A stretch of 64,000 nucleotides of DNA from Octopus sinensis (Eukaryota). The notes under the pieces are model-generated. The model saw nothing but the letters and a program-made list of their open reading frames with translations, did not search any database and was not told the DNA's origin. The position numbers and the translations under genes are program-made. Shown here piece after piece: positions 50,481-63,664 of this stretch. Location of the stretch: contig NC_043005.1 in assembly GCF_006345805.1 (NCBI RefSeq), positions 24,304,001 to 24,368,000 of the forward strand, read 5' to 3'. Within the stretch, counting starts at the first letter, position 1, and each line of letters begins with the position of its first letter.

Positions 50481-51269
50481 TATTTATATCTTAGTTTTTC
50501 TTTAAACAGACAATATTTCAATGGTTTTTACAAATCAATTTCAAGTGAATACCATTACAAAAATGCTTTTTGGCGTAAACATTTCGTAAGAGACCAGTTC
50601 GTAACCTCAGTGTGAAATAATTTTTTTCCATAAGTTTTTGTTTTCGAGTGCATTCAACGTATCTCACTTCCAAATAATTGGCTGCTATTTCTAGCACGAC
50701 CCGCTACCACATAACCGCTATTTGCGATAAAAGACCCGAAATACCTGTTATGTGGTAGCAGGGCGTGCAACAAATAGCAGCTATATCTTTCTCTTTTCTG
50801 GGGAAAGGAGCTGTTTACTCGTGGTTTCTTTAGTGCTTGTTTGCATGTGCTCAATCATCCTTCAAAAAGATACTAGGATATACTATAAAAGAACATATTT
50901 CATTTGAATAATGTTTATGTAAGATTTGAAAATAAATGCTGATAAAATAAAGCAACGGATTTATGTGTCGTTTGCTTACGTTTTAGCAAATGATATCCAT
51001 TTAAAATGTTATATTTTAATAGTTTAGATGTAAAAGAATTTAATCGCAGACTTTGGATCTTGGCATAACGTAAGTCATGTTTCTTCTCTCTGGTAACACA
51101 ATGTCAAAATCATAGCTTCATACCATGAAAGATTTTTCTTTTTAAAATGTGTGTAAAATATGTATAAAGTATTGTACCTGCTTAAGCCTTTTGTTACCAG
51201 ATTTCTATTGAATTGCACTGCCTTTGTTTATATTAATTATGAAAATAATGAATTACAGCGATGTATTTG

Positions 51270-51592
51270 CATAGCAAGTGACCTGATCTGAGATCGTAAG
51301 TTGGGACGAAAATAACTGCAGCGTGGAAGGTGTTTATAAGCCATTTAAGAAACACATAGAAACCGTTAGATTCACTTCAACATTTAAATTTAATTTGCCA
51401 AAATATTTTCGTCGCTTTGAGACCGCGACATGTTCACTGACAAAATTCCGAGCAGCACGGTATTTTTGTCAGAGAACAAGTCGCGGTCTCAAAGTGACGC
51501 AAATATTTTGGCAAATTAAATTTAAATGTTGAAGTGAATCTAACGGTTTTTGTGTGTTTCTTAAATGGCTTACAAACACCTTCCACGCTGCA
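51270..51592. mobile_element. Long palindromic element (51317-51592) with back-to-back hammerhead-like motifs
   Basis: ~135-bp arms, nearly perfect; a single-arm copy occurs at 62729-62875. Confidence 0.85.
51394..51444 (-). ncRNA. Minimal hammerhead motif with G3:C8 swap
   Basis: tttgtca GTGAACA t gtcgc ggtctcaaa gcgac GAAA atat TT tggcaaa. Confidence 0.6.
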
Positions 51593-51644
51593 ATTGAAAA
51601 TAATGAATTTAGAAAAATAACCTTTTTCACTATTAAGCTGGTGT

Positions 51645-51940
51645 AAGGTGGAAGAGTTGCTAGCACGCCGGACGAAATGTCGCTAAGTATTTTATCCGTC
51701 TCTACGTTCTGAGTTCAAATGCTGCCGCGGTCGGTTTTGCCTTTCATCCTTCAGAGATCAACAAAATAAGCACCAACTGAATACGGGGTTGATGTAATCA
51801 ATTAGCCCTCTACCACGAAATCGCTAGCCTTGTGCCAAAATTCGAAACCATTGTAAGTACCGCTTAAGCACAGGGGGTCGATATAATAGACTAGCCCCTC
51901 CCCACAAACTCCAGGCAGTTTGCCTATAGCAGAAAGTATT
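51645..51940 (+). mobile_element. SINE family B with duplicated tail
   Basis: gagttcaaat..gcctttcatcctt core; ggggt(t/c)gat..cccct..ccac tail twice. Confidence 0.75.
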
Positions 51941-53431
51941 GTCAAGCTGGAGTTTGGAACATCGTGGTTTCACTTACTAGACCGGGTGATGCTTTGTATT
52001 CTTGTGCTAAATACTTTATTCTACGTTGGTTATTTCCCTCAGCTGTTAATGAGCTCCACCAATAGCGAGTAGGTTTATTCTGCAATGGACCGGCGCGCCG
52101 TTCGCTTGGGAGGAACGTTGTAACCTCTCTTATTTATACGACTTGGAAACCCTGTTAAGCACCGGTCTTATGAGATCTTTGACAGTTTTGATGGAAAGTT
52201 ATATTTACATAATTTTGAAAAGAAAGAGTCTTTTATTCTAGTCTCAAGGGCAGTCTCTTTGTTTCTCAGATCACGATCCCGCTATACATCTACTGCGCTT
52301 CTTTGATATCTTCTGCTGTTTTCCATCTCACAAAACTTCCAAGGAACCATTAAAGCTCATTGCTTGTTAAGAGGTCATTCGACTTACTAGTAATAAAAAA
52401 AAAAGAAATGTCCCTCAAACTATAACCTATCGTCTCCAACATCTCTTATAACATCTCTCTCCCTCGGTAGATTACTAATGAATAGCAGACGCCGGAAGGT
52501 GAGCACTGGAGTCATTTTAATCATACGAATACTTAATCAGGAACAAAGATGTTAAGCAGCAACTACATACAAGCAATATAACGTCTCGATACTGTGTAAT
52601 TTATGTTTCTTCCTGTACAATTAGCATTGTCTATAAGTAGAGAAAAATCAATATTCTTAAAGTAATCCAGTATGATCTGTGTAATATATAATTTATTTTC
52701 AAAATGTTTTCAATATTTCTATTAAAAGTTTAATAAAAACATGTAAAATGAAAATTTGCAAATAAAGACGCTGGAATAAAGATCTAAATATTCAAACCAC
52801 TCAAAATCACGTGATACATATTAACTCGTGCTTTTAACTGGCCTGGTTCTTGTGAAATCTTTTTTTTTATAATTTACGTTATTAGCGCGTCGAAAATTTC
52901 TTTTTCTGATTTTGTATATAATCAATGTGCAACCAACATTTACACACACAGACAAAGATATCAGACACAAAGACACAAAGAAACAGACTATGTATATATA
53001 CACACATACATATAAAGTATAATAAATGGTATATAATATACAAACATCTATACATAATTATGGGTGGGTGTGATTAACAGCTTAACAATGTATCTGCCAC
53101 ACAGAATTATACAAACGCAGATGGGCATACATACATACATGTCTACATACGTACAAACATACATCTAAAAATATATCCAAACAGCCACACATACGTACGT
53201 GCATAAATATACAATCGTCTATCTGTCTAACTAGATTCCTTCGTGGGTGTTTGAGAGTACATATACATACAGATGTGTAAACGGGTGTATATACATTTGC
53301 ATGCGCACATATTTAAGAGCATATCGTTCTCACCTTTTGACCATAAATATTCATATGTAGCTTTACATTACATATTTATGCATGTATATATATATATAAG
53401 TGTGTAAATATATATATATACACACACACAC

Positions 53432-53504
<73 letters not shown>

Positions 53505-53559
53505 GTATATATGAGCAAAGTCATGGACCGCATTGTCAAGAAGAAAAAGAACTAACTGC

Positions 53560-53753
53560 GTTCCTTGAAAATAATAACTTGCTTCCTGGCATACAGCATG
53601 CCTTTCGCTGAGGAAGAAGCTGCTTTACGCGGTTTTTGCGACTCTATTACTGGGTATTAAAACAATTAGTGAATATCTTAGACATGAGCTATCAAAGGCC
53701 TTTGATAAGGTTGATCATGGGATGATATGTTACAAACTACAGAGACTCGGCAT
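53560..53753 (+). mobile_element. CR1/L2-like RT fragment
   Basis: LSKAFDKVDHGMICYKLQRLG. Confidence 0.75.
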
Positions 53754-55007
53754 TTTAATTTTAAACCAATTTTTCTTACTTATTTACTCGCTATATCATT
53801 TTATTTATACTATATTTCTATAAATTTCATACTCAATCTATACATAACCATACTGATATATTTCACTATTAATTTTATAATACAAGAAATATGTTCTAAG
53901 ATTATTAGCATATAGAAAATATATAAATTTTTAACATATTCCTTTAATTTAACTTATTAATACCAAAAATTACTATTTAATAATTAACTATAAATATATG
54001 TTAAGTTAGTATAGAAATTATATAAATATGGAATTATTTCTCGCTACCCCATCAGCTTTAGCCAGCAAATTAGGCTGAAGTATATTCTTACTTAACCAAA
54101 TGGTTTCTACTTCAAAGAAATCTTGATTTATGACTCTGCCACTTAAACTGTCTTATTACCCTATCCATAAAGGATAGATTCTAGTTTCCATTGGACTTGA
54201 TAAACTAGTCTGTAAATTGGGACTAAACCCCCCCCCCCCTGTAGTAAATCTGATTAACAAATTAAAATCAATGATAAGCAGTGTCTTCCTGTGAAAAAAT
54301 ATCAGATACAACTATGATATTGTTGATGAAACATGTTCTTTGTCTATCTACTTATCCTCTTTGTGATTTTGGTTAATAGAATAACTATACAAATGAATCC
54401 TTTGAATTTAACTAAATTCTATATTTTTATGCAGCTGAAGATTGCTCTACATTTTAAAACTGATGTAATATTTGCACTGTTCAATTAAATGGAGTCGCAT
54501 GACACGATCGTACTGCATTACTTCTGGATATCCTTGTTGCTTATTTTGATTGTAATCACCCCATTTTGAATTATATGGATAATACCATACTTAATTCTGG
54601 TGCCTTTAACTTAAGTACCATATTCAACTGAATCTAAATTTTACATACATATATAGACATACGTATGCAAACCAAGTATTACATGCTTACAAGAATACTT
54701 GTCTTCATACACGTATATACAGATACACACGCACGCAATCAAACTATCACGGGGTAAATGGTAACCATAACAGCAGGTGATGAGGAGTCATGTAAATATG
54801 TAAGTATCTATAACATCAAAAAGCAAAGCACAACAACAATCATAAATGCCAATACAACGAAAAACAAAGAATTTAGCAAAACAGTAAGATACACACTTGT
54901 CAAAGGAAATAAGAGGAAAATACAAACAGAATATCTTTAAATGTTTGCTTGGATCGGAAATATGTATGTAAAGAAAGTCACGCACCGATGTATATATATA
55001 TATTATG

Positions 55008-55133
<126 letters not shown>

Positions 55134-55138
55134 TATAT

Positions 55139-55197
<59 letters not shown>

Positions 55198-55217
55198 CAT
55201 ACATACATACGTATAGG

Positions 55218-55305
55218 GTGGTTGTCTACTCCTCGTGCAGAGTCTGACCACCTAATTTTCTTATACCTTAGAACCATAATGGCGTCTGATGTGCGTTTTG
55301 ATTTA
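55218..55305 (-). mobile_element. RTE-like LINE 3' tip
   Basis: Matches 3598-3680 and 55901-55985. Confidence 0.65.
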
Positions 55306-55369
55306 CATGCAACAGTAATAATGGACATATATTGATTGGAATAAGTAGATGTACTTCAAAAGGAAACAG

Positions 55370-55663
55370 CTGAGATTTACCTTTTGTGTTGTCGGTATAG
55401 CTTAGTAAGTGTGGCTGTTTATGTAAATGATGGCATGTCTGAAAGAGCCACCATGAACAGCAGCGACACCAGTAAGCTGCCCCGCGGGATTTTACTCTTT
55501 ATTACTGTCTCCGAGGAGAGTCCTCCGTTGGCTACTAAAGCCTGGCTCCTGTCCTTCAAGAAGTCAAGCAATCACTCTTCGATCTTCCCAGTTATGCCGA
55601 GTCTCTGTAGTTTGTAACATTTCATCCCATGATCAACCTTATCAAAGGCCTTTGATAGCTCAT
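55370..55663 (-). mobile_element. CR1/L2-like RT fragment
   Basis: KAFDKVDH..LGITGKI..LLDFLKDRSQ..NG..IPRGSLLVSLLF (GVPQGSVLGPLLF-like). Confidence 0.8.
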
Positions 55664-55854
55664 ATACATATATATATAATAGAAAAGTGTGAAGCGGCTG
55701 ACCTCCCTTGTTCGAAGGTTATAATGGACACAGTTTGTGTGTCAAATAGCTAGCTTAAGTCGATGGCCCCATGGAGCTAATCAGCGACAGCTTTAGTCTT
55801 ATATCTATAAAACTGCCATATTAATATGGCGATAACAATTAATTTTATATATAT

Positions 55855-55899
<45 letters not shown>

Positions 55900-55900
55900 T

Positions 55901-56310
55901 GGGGATTGTCTACTCCTTGCGCAGAGACTGACCACCTCCTCTACCTATACCTTAGAGCCATCATGGCGTCTGATGCGGCTCTTAAACCCAGACAATATTT
56001 TGAAAAGACACCCACATAAATTGCATATCCATGTTTGGATCACCAAGAGCTGCAGTTAAGTTCAGAACTTCGTGGATCTTAAAATGTCTTTGGAGGCGTC
56101 CTTTAGATTTGTAGACTTTATGGTAGACACTGCACTGAAAGGTGTGCGCAGACATATAGGCAAAATAGTTGGTGGAGGTTCGTTTTCCATGGGTCCGCAA
56201 ATGAGATTTGAGCCCGGCAAAAGAAAGGCGTGGATTGTCACAAAATGTACACAGAAAAATGTCATTGTGATTCACCTTCTAAATCGCAACATTCTTCTTC
56301 AAATCGCTCT
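55901..56310 (-). mobile_element. RTE-like LINE 3' end with C2H2-like zinc fingers
   Basis: CTFCDNPRLSFAGLKSHLRTH and CSVYHKVYKSKGRLQRHFKIH; homologous copy at 3598-3895. Confidence 0.7.
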
Positions 56311-56449
56311 TGAGGTACATATATACATATATACATATATAAATGTGAATTTGTCTGTGTTAACTACATCCCAAAGATCGAGCCTTGTATACCTGATAGA
56401 AACCGGCTCCCTTCTCAGTGGAAGATTTATAATAATTAAAAATAGAAGA

Positions 56450-56582
<133 letters not shown>

Positions 56583-56656
56583 TATACACTAACAGAAAGC
56601 CACATAGATTATCTTTCGCACTGCCACAAGATTCAGGTAAGTTCTTCGCAAGCAAA

Positions 56657-57345
56657 TATTAGGTTGTCAAGAATGTTCTTGCGGTTTTTAACCTTTAAAT
56701 TCACATATCTCTTTAAATGCACATATCTCGGCCCAGACAAAAATTTATTAATCGAAATACACAGCATCAGAATCAACACACTTTTTCCAACGCGAAACAA
56801 GTTTATATATTCCAGTAGCGTAAAAATCCAGCGTTCTGGTGGCGATGAAGTCGTTGAAGGCGTGTTTGGCATCGTCTTGGTTTTTGAAGCATTTTTCACG
56901 CAGGAAGTTGTCGAGATACATGAAAAAGTGATAGTCGTTAGGCGAGAGGTCTGATGAGTATAGCGAATGTGGCAGAGTTTCATAGCCCAATTCGTTCAGT
57001 TGTGCGACGTGGGGCCGAGCGTTGTCATGGGGAAGAATTGGTTCTTTTATATTGACCAATGCTGGCTGTTGTTGTGGGAGTTTCTTATGCATTTCATCCA
57101 TTTGCTGACAGTACTTCTCTGCCGTAATGGTTTCACCTGGTTCCAAAAAGCTGTGATGGATTAGCGGCCGCAGACCACCAAACAGTCACTATGACCTACA
57201 TTTGGTACAAATTTGGCTTCGGGAAGTGACGTGGAGCTTCGTCGGCGTCCAACCACTGAACTGAGCGTCGCCAGTTGTAAAAAATCCACTTTTCATCGCA
57301 AGTCGCAATCCGGTCGAGAAACGGGTTGTCACTTCTACGGAATTT
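56657..57345 (-). mobile_element. Mariner transposase relic (3' half)
   Basis: FLDRIATCDEKWI, HDNARPH, YSSDLSPNDYHFF, RWKKCVDS..YFD; TIR tattaggttgtcaagaatgttcttgcgg. Confidence 0.9.
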
Positions 57346-57420
57346 AAATCTATATATTACAAGCATTTTCCCTATTCCCAACATAAATCTAAATATATCA
57401 ATACAACTTTAGCCACACTA

Positions 57421-57520
57421 NNNNNNNNNNNNNNNNNNNNNNNNNNNNNNNNNNNNNNNNNNNNNNNNNNNNNNNNNNNNNNNNNNNNNNNNNNNNNNNN
57501 NNNNNNNNNNNNNNNNNNNN
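57421..57520. other. Assembly gap (100 N)
   Basis: Direct reading. Confidence 1.
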
Positions 57521-57530
57521 AGCGGGTTAC

Positions 57531-57636
57531 ACCGGAGTAAACACATAAATGGAAACAAGGTGGAAAAAGCATATTACTCTACACTGGTAGTTGATACTCT
57601 TTTTCCCTTGTTTCACATTATGTGTTTACTCCCGGT
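57531..57636. repeat. Palindromic remnant of the 19060-19285 family (3' tails only)
   Basis: accggagtaaacacataa..aaacaagg vs ccttgtttcacattatgtgtttactcccggt; matches 19213-19285. Confidence 0.7.
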
Positions 57637-58054
57637 ATATACATAATATATATACATATATATATACATATAATATACTATACATATATCTAACATATAT
57701 ATATATATATATATACTATCTATATATATATCTATATATATATATATACATATATATATACATATGATATATCATATATATAATATATATATTTAAATAC
57801 CTAAAATAATATACATATATATAATACATATATATACATATATATTATATATATATACATATATATACATATATATACTATATATATATAAATACATATA
57901 CATATATGCATATACATATATACATATATGCATATACATATATACATATACATATATACATATATACATATACATATATACATATACATATATATACAAA
58001 TATATATATACATATATATCTCGTATCTATACATATATATATATATATATATTT

Positions 58055-58094
<40 letters not shown>

Positions 58095-58273
58095 TGTGTG
58101 TGAGTGTGTGGCATTCAACAACGTGTGATTTTCAAGGACTGCTGCATTGTGAGGGAAACTTTTGGTTACTATTTCTAGAACGTAAATAATCGCTTCGTTA
58201 CTCGTTGTGTTGTTACTGCATCTGTTGCCACTGTTATCGTTGTTGCTATTTTTGTTAATCACGTTGGGGTGTA

Positions 58274-58524
58274 TTACATCCAGGTGTTCAGACTTAAAGC
58301 AGCAAGCTGGAGCAAGATGTCAGCTACTTGGCAGCAGAGAAAGCAAATTGGCTTTAGTTACCAGTTGAATCCAAAGCCGTAGATAGACGTCGTTAATACC
58401 ATTGAGAATAGGATATGCGTATCATACAGCATTATTTCACATTTTCCCGCACATTTATATAACGGAGGAAGCAGGAAATGTAATGTCCATACTGGAAGCA
58501 GAACAATTGTTGCAATTAGGGCAT
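58274..58524 (-). pseudogene. Possible class B (secretin-family) GPCR TM6-TM7-like exon or pseudo-exon
   Basis: ALIATIVLLPVWTLHFLLPP..TTSIYGFGFNW*LKPICFLCCQV resembles class B ATLVLxPLxGxH(Y/F)..SFQGFFV..YCFxNxEV; tttag acceptor at 58525, gtaact donor at 58361; by-eye similarity only. Confidence 0.35.
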
Positions 58525-58608
58525 CTAAATCCGAATGTGGAGTAAATTTGCAAACACGCATGCACATATGCACATACTAATTTATGTGAGTATAGTTGTA
58601 TATACATA

Positions 58609-58649
<41 letters not shown>

Positions 58650-58674
58650 TTCTCTCTCCCTCTATGTATGTATG

Positions 58675-58705
<31 letters not shown>

Positions 58706-58751
58706 TATCTATCTATCTAGCTAGCTATGTGTGTGTGAATCTATGCATGTG

Positions 58752-58972
58752 TCCTTGTGCCTGTGTTTGACCCCAACCACAGTTCGAGAACCAGTATTGG
58801 TGTGTTCCCGTCTCCGTTACCTCGCGATTCGTCAAAAGAAAACGATAGAATAAGTAGCAGGCTTTAAAAAGTCCTGGGGTCGGTTTGTTCGACTGAAAAA
58901 AAACCCTTTAAGGTAGTGCCCAGAACGGCCGCAATCAAAATGACTGAAACAAGTAAAATATGCAAAAGATAT
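58752..58972 (+). mobile_element. SINE family A 3' half
   Basis: gatagaataagta..gtcctggggtcg..tgactgaaacaagtaaaa. Confidence 0.75.
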
Positions 58973-58995
58973 AATAAACCTCATTCTCTCTATGT

Positions 58996-59028
<33 letters not shown>

Positions 59029-59089
59029 TATGTATGTAATGTATAATATAATATACATATATATATATGTGTGTATATATATAATAGTA

Positions 59090-59139
<50 letters not shown>

Positions 59140-59357
59140 CTATATATATTTATGTATGTATAATATAATATACATTAATATTATATTTGTGTAATATATA
59201 TAATATGATATATATATACACGCACTTGCACACATTTATTTACATTTGAGGAATGTGTCCATGTGTAATATATAAAATATTATGTAAGTACACATATATG
59301 CTGCTTATGTCCGGATATATACGTGCGCGATATATTCACACACATATAGATACTTTC

Positions 59358-59396
<39 letters not shown>

Positions 59397-60216
59397 CTTC
59401 ATTTAATACTTCTACTATTCTGATGTTTTTCATTGTTTTACTTCCAATTACAAAGAATCTATTTAATGTGCTTCTCCTGTTCACCTGTAATCTCTTAACT
59501 ACTAACGTCTATGACCAGGAATAAAAGAAGAGACCAAGTTGAACAAGATGAAGTAAGAAGGAATGATAAAAAGGAGATTTGTAGTGAAATGCTGTGTTCA
59601 TGCATATTCATAAGAAATTTCTGGACAAAATAAATCCAGTGATGTACAACTAGCATGCTAACAACAAAAACAGCAACCAAGCCAACAGCAGCTATTACAA
59701 CAACAATAACGATTGGGAGGAAACTTCAACAGAAGTAGCAACGTGGACAACAACAGCAATAACAATAACAGCAGAAACAACACCAACAGTAACATAATTT
59801 ACAATATCGACATAAAGTATACGAAATAACTACGACAAGTAATACGACAACCAAACTTTGAAAACATTGTGACTAACGCAATCGAAGCAGCAACAGCACC
59901 TGCAACAACAATAACAGCATACAACACCAACGGAATCAATATCGATGACGCTATTGACATGAACAATATTAACCAGATAACTTCTATTGATTAGTTCGAG
60001 AAGGTTAGGTAGCATCTAGAACTGTTTGCCAGGGTCTACGTTACTGGCGGTTTTGTAAGAAACAGCAATGGACTACAATTTATGAATCATTTTATGCTTA
60101 CCTTCTGGTCATACCAGATCATCAATATTATGATCATAGTTATTCTACTGGTGACTACCCTATTTTATTAAGGGTTTGTTGGACTACATTATCTAGTTTG
60201 CTCTCTCTCTCCCTTT

Positions 60217-60255
<39 letters not shown>

Positions 60256-60959
60256 AAATAAGGAACAACTGTCTGGGATTACTTTATCAAAACATTCTAG
60301 CGGAGAGAGAAATTGGAATTGTTAGAGATTTGTGAACAAATAAATGATAAACGAATCGAAGGAGTAACGCGTAGTGTTGCCAGGTGTGAATGATTAAGGC
60401 TGACACTCTCGTAGATGGAGCTTGTGAATCAAAGGTTTAGAGTGGGAATTGAAGGGGAAGTTGAACAACTAGATTTGAACAGTGAAGGAAGCTAGAAAGA
60501 GTCCATTTTTACAAACTAAGTAAAACAAAATATTGGTTTACAATAAAGAATGGAAATTGTAAAATGGTGAGTGGATATAACGAGAGACAAGAGAAATAAT
60601 ATTTAGAGGACTATTCAAATATAAAATACTCTTTATTTAATTAGAGTCTCATATATATAATATAATTAAGTAACACTCAATCAATCGATATTATTCCAGC
60701 AATTATTAGTAAAAACACCCTTGAATAGGTAAATATTGACAGTACAAAATAGATCGATCTAATCTTTATATCCTACGCATGAAAGCAAGATCTGAGAACA
60801 TGAATCGGTTTTATTGTTTATTGATCTATGGCTGATAATCAAAAATCATCATCATTATTTTGTCTCTATTCCCGTGGGTAGCCTTTGAGATTTTCTATCC
60901 AAAAGGGCACCTCTACCAATATTTACATTTACTGTTTTATACGTGGGCTTCGAGAGAAC

Positions 60960-61600
60960 TATTGGTTCAGAAAAGTATTTATATCATGTTCTTTCGAAAG
61001 TTTATAAAATTCTTATCACATTGTATACTGAGGAACTTGGTTGACAATATTAGTAAATGGGTATCCGTGCTGTCTTCTGATGAAGATGTTTTTTATGGAT
61101 GCAACTGGATATTATAATGAGGCGCTTAGAAATAGTTGGTTCTCTGATAAGTTTACATACATAAAAAACGGTGGAAATACACAGCATAACAATAGGAATA
61201 GGCAAAGGAACATTTTATTGTATTATCCAGTATTTAACCTAGAAGTAAAAGCAAACAGCTAGGCAACAAAGATAGTGTAACAGTAGAATTAGTGAGAATT
61301 GTCCACTAGACAGTTACTGTGTGGCAAAGTCGATAACATACAGTGCAAAGGTTGAATCAAGTAGCGGTAAAAAACTAAAGCAAGCAGTGTGGCAACAGAA
61401 CTCACATTAAAAAATTGTTACCACAAGCATAAGCATTCATTTGTCAACCTTGAAAGAAAACGTGCAACTGCTTTGTTGAAGTTTACATGTTTTTTGTGTG
61501 AGACAAGTCGTCTTGAACTCATTATTATCTAGTTTATTGTAGATAATGCGGCAACTATATGGGGAACAAGAACTTCAAATCAAAGATGAAGAGTGACCTT
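60960..61600 (+). mobile_element. Penelope-like fragment (RT thumb, linker and GIY-YIG), degenerate
   Basis: ILRNLVDNISKWVSVLSS..YYNEALRNS..RNRQRNILLYYPVF..; CNSRISENCPLDSYCVAKSITYSAKV..TELTLKNCYHKHKHSF..ATALLKF. Confidence 0.75.
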
Positions 61601-62425
61601 TATTTGAGTAAAATAAAAACGAGTATTTAGATTCAAGGTACCAAGTTTGAACAAAAGAACGGAACTGTTCATACCTCGTATGTACGCGGTTAAGTATCAT
61701 TTCAGGCAAATACCAGGTTCCTTTCGCTCTGGTTAAAAAAATGCGTTGGTTTTCGAAATGTTCAATAAAATGGCTTTAATGATATATATTTTAATATGAT
61801 TGGACGCGAGTCTATGTGTCAGTATATGTATATATGCATATGCGCATATGTATACATGTATGGATATATGTACATGAACATACAGTTTGGGATATAAATG
61901 TGTGCCCATGAGTGTACATATGTGTATATTTAAGCGTCTGCACAGGCGCATGCAAAATGATCGCCTGCATACACACTCATTCTAATTAAAAATATTTTAT
62001 TAGAAATATTTGTTAAAATTATTATTTTGGAACACTGATTAAACAGCAATGCACTTTCAAGACTTCGATTTTATGGAGTTTACGACGTTTATAATAATAT
62101 TAGAGAACCAGAAATAAAATCAAAAGCGTGGACTTGGAGCAACCGTTTTCCCATGCGTCATTCTCAAAGATTTTTAAACGAAAGAACCTAAGGGTAAACG
62201 TTCATTTCATATTTCAAAAAAATATTCAAGCAGTGGATATTCAAAAGAAAAGAAAGCTCAGATTGCTTGCTGTTCACTGGAAACAAGCAACTCTGAAGAC
62301 TGGAAATGAGATCCTTTCAGTTATAAATTTTGAAAGAATACTCTACATTTGTAATGAGTTCTGTATTTTATCGCTTTTGGTAAATCAAAATACACACACA
62401 ACACACACACATACACACACACACA

Positions 62426-62488
<63 letters not shown>

Positions 62489-62741
62489 GTTTGAAAACGC
62501 CACTATATAAGATAAATTATATTTTTCTTAGAGATTTTGCATGTTTCGCTTCTTAGAAAAAGGAGCCTTAACAAAAATATTTTTAAAAGTTAAGTGTTAT
62601 AAAAAAGTTCATAATTGTTTCTAACTAGTCTCAACAGAGTCCACGAGGTGGTATTTTGCGGGAGTGGGGAGCAAAATGGCTGTCTTTTGTGTCGACTAGA
62701 ATCGTTGGGTGTAATCGTGAGCCAACGATGCAGCACGGAAT

Positions 62742-62792
62742 TTTGTCAGTGAACAGGTCGCGATCTCAAAGCGACGAAAATATTTTGACAAA
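62742..62792 (+). ncRNA. Minimal hammerhead motif with G3:C8 swap (single-arm copy of the 51.3 kb family, element 62729-62875)
   Basis: tttgtca GTGAACA(62749-55) g gtcgc gatctcaaa gcgac GAAA(62776-79) atat TT tgacaaa; stem I 7/7 bp, stem II 5/5 bp. Confidence 0.65.
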
Positions 62793-62871
62793 TTAAATTT
62801 AAATGTTGAAATGAAAAATAACGGATTTTGTGTGATTCTTAAATGGCATATAAACACCTTCCACGTTGCAA

Positions 62872-62932
<61 letters not shown>

Positions 62933-62978
62933 TATATATATTATATATATATATATATTATATATATATATATCTATA

Positions 62979-63016
<38 letters not shown>

Positions 63017-63061
63017 ATATATATATATATATATTATATATACATGTATATATATATATAG

Positions 63062-63113
<52 letters not shown>

Positions 63114-63629
63114 ATATTAATATATATATATATAATATATATATATGTATATACATATGCATTTTGCTCAACGTTCAGCCAATGCCATATGGCGGGATTT
63201 GAACTTTCCATTGTTAACAGTGAGAACAAATACAATAAATTTATTTTGCATGACATTCTCATGTTTCTAGCAACCCATTGCATTTCTTGGACTCTTTCTA
63301 CTGTGTATAACAGTCCCTAAGTTGTTTATATTAGTTATGAACTATTTAAGAGTAAGAAGAACAACTATTTGTCATAGGCTGTTGTCTTACTGCATATTCA
63401 TCTTAGTATCTTTCTAAATCTTTTTACCGCTACACAATAAAAGATTTTGAATTCAACGTCACGTATTTCAGATTTTCACTGTTTACTAAGAATGTCCGTT
63501 TCTGTCAAAGTCCACCTGCCCGCTCACTACACTCACAAGGATTAGTAGAATATGTACATATATGTGTGTGCGTGTGTGTTTGTGTGTTGTGTGTGTGTGT
63601 GTTTCTGTGTGTGTGTGTGTGTGTGTGTG

Positions 63630-63664
<35 letters not shown>

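Noticed and set aside
53754-54160. NUMT or hammerhead in a very AT-rich stretch
   Set aside because: No mitochondrial gene or tRNA could be recognised. CTGAAGT..GAAATCTTGATT lacks A9 and a convincing stem I.
55758-55790. Minus-strand gtcg-CTGATTA-hairpin-cgac hammerhead
   Set aside because: The GAAA and stem III segment is absent.
55982-56275. Host C2H2 zinc-finger gene
   Set aside because: The sequence recurs at 3598-3895 with a common LINE-like 3' terminus, the second finger is defective, and there are no TGEKP linkers.
60099-60160. Minus-strand exon ending at a strong gtaagc donor
   Set aside because: No acceptor with a polypyrimidine tract and no recognisable protein.
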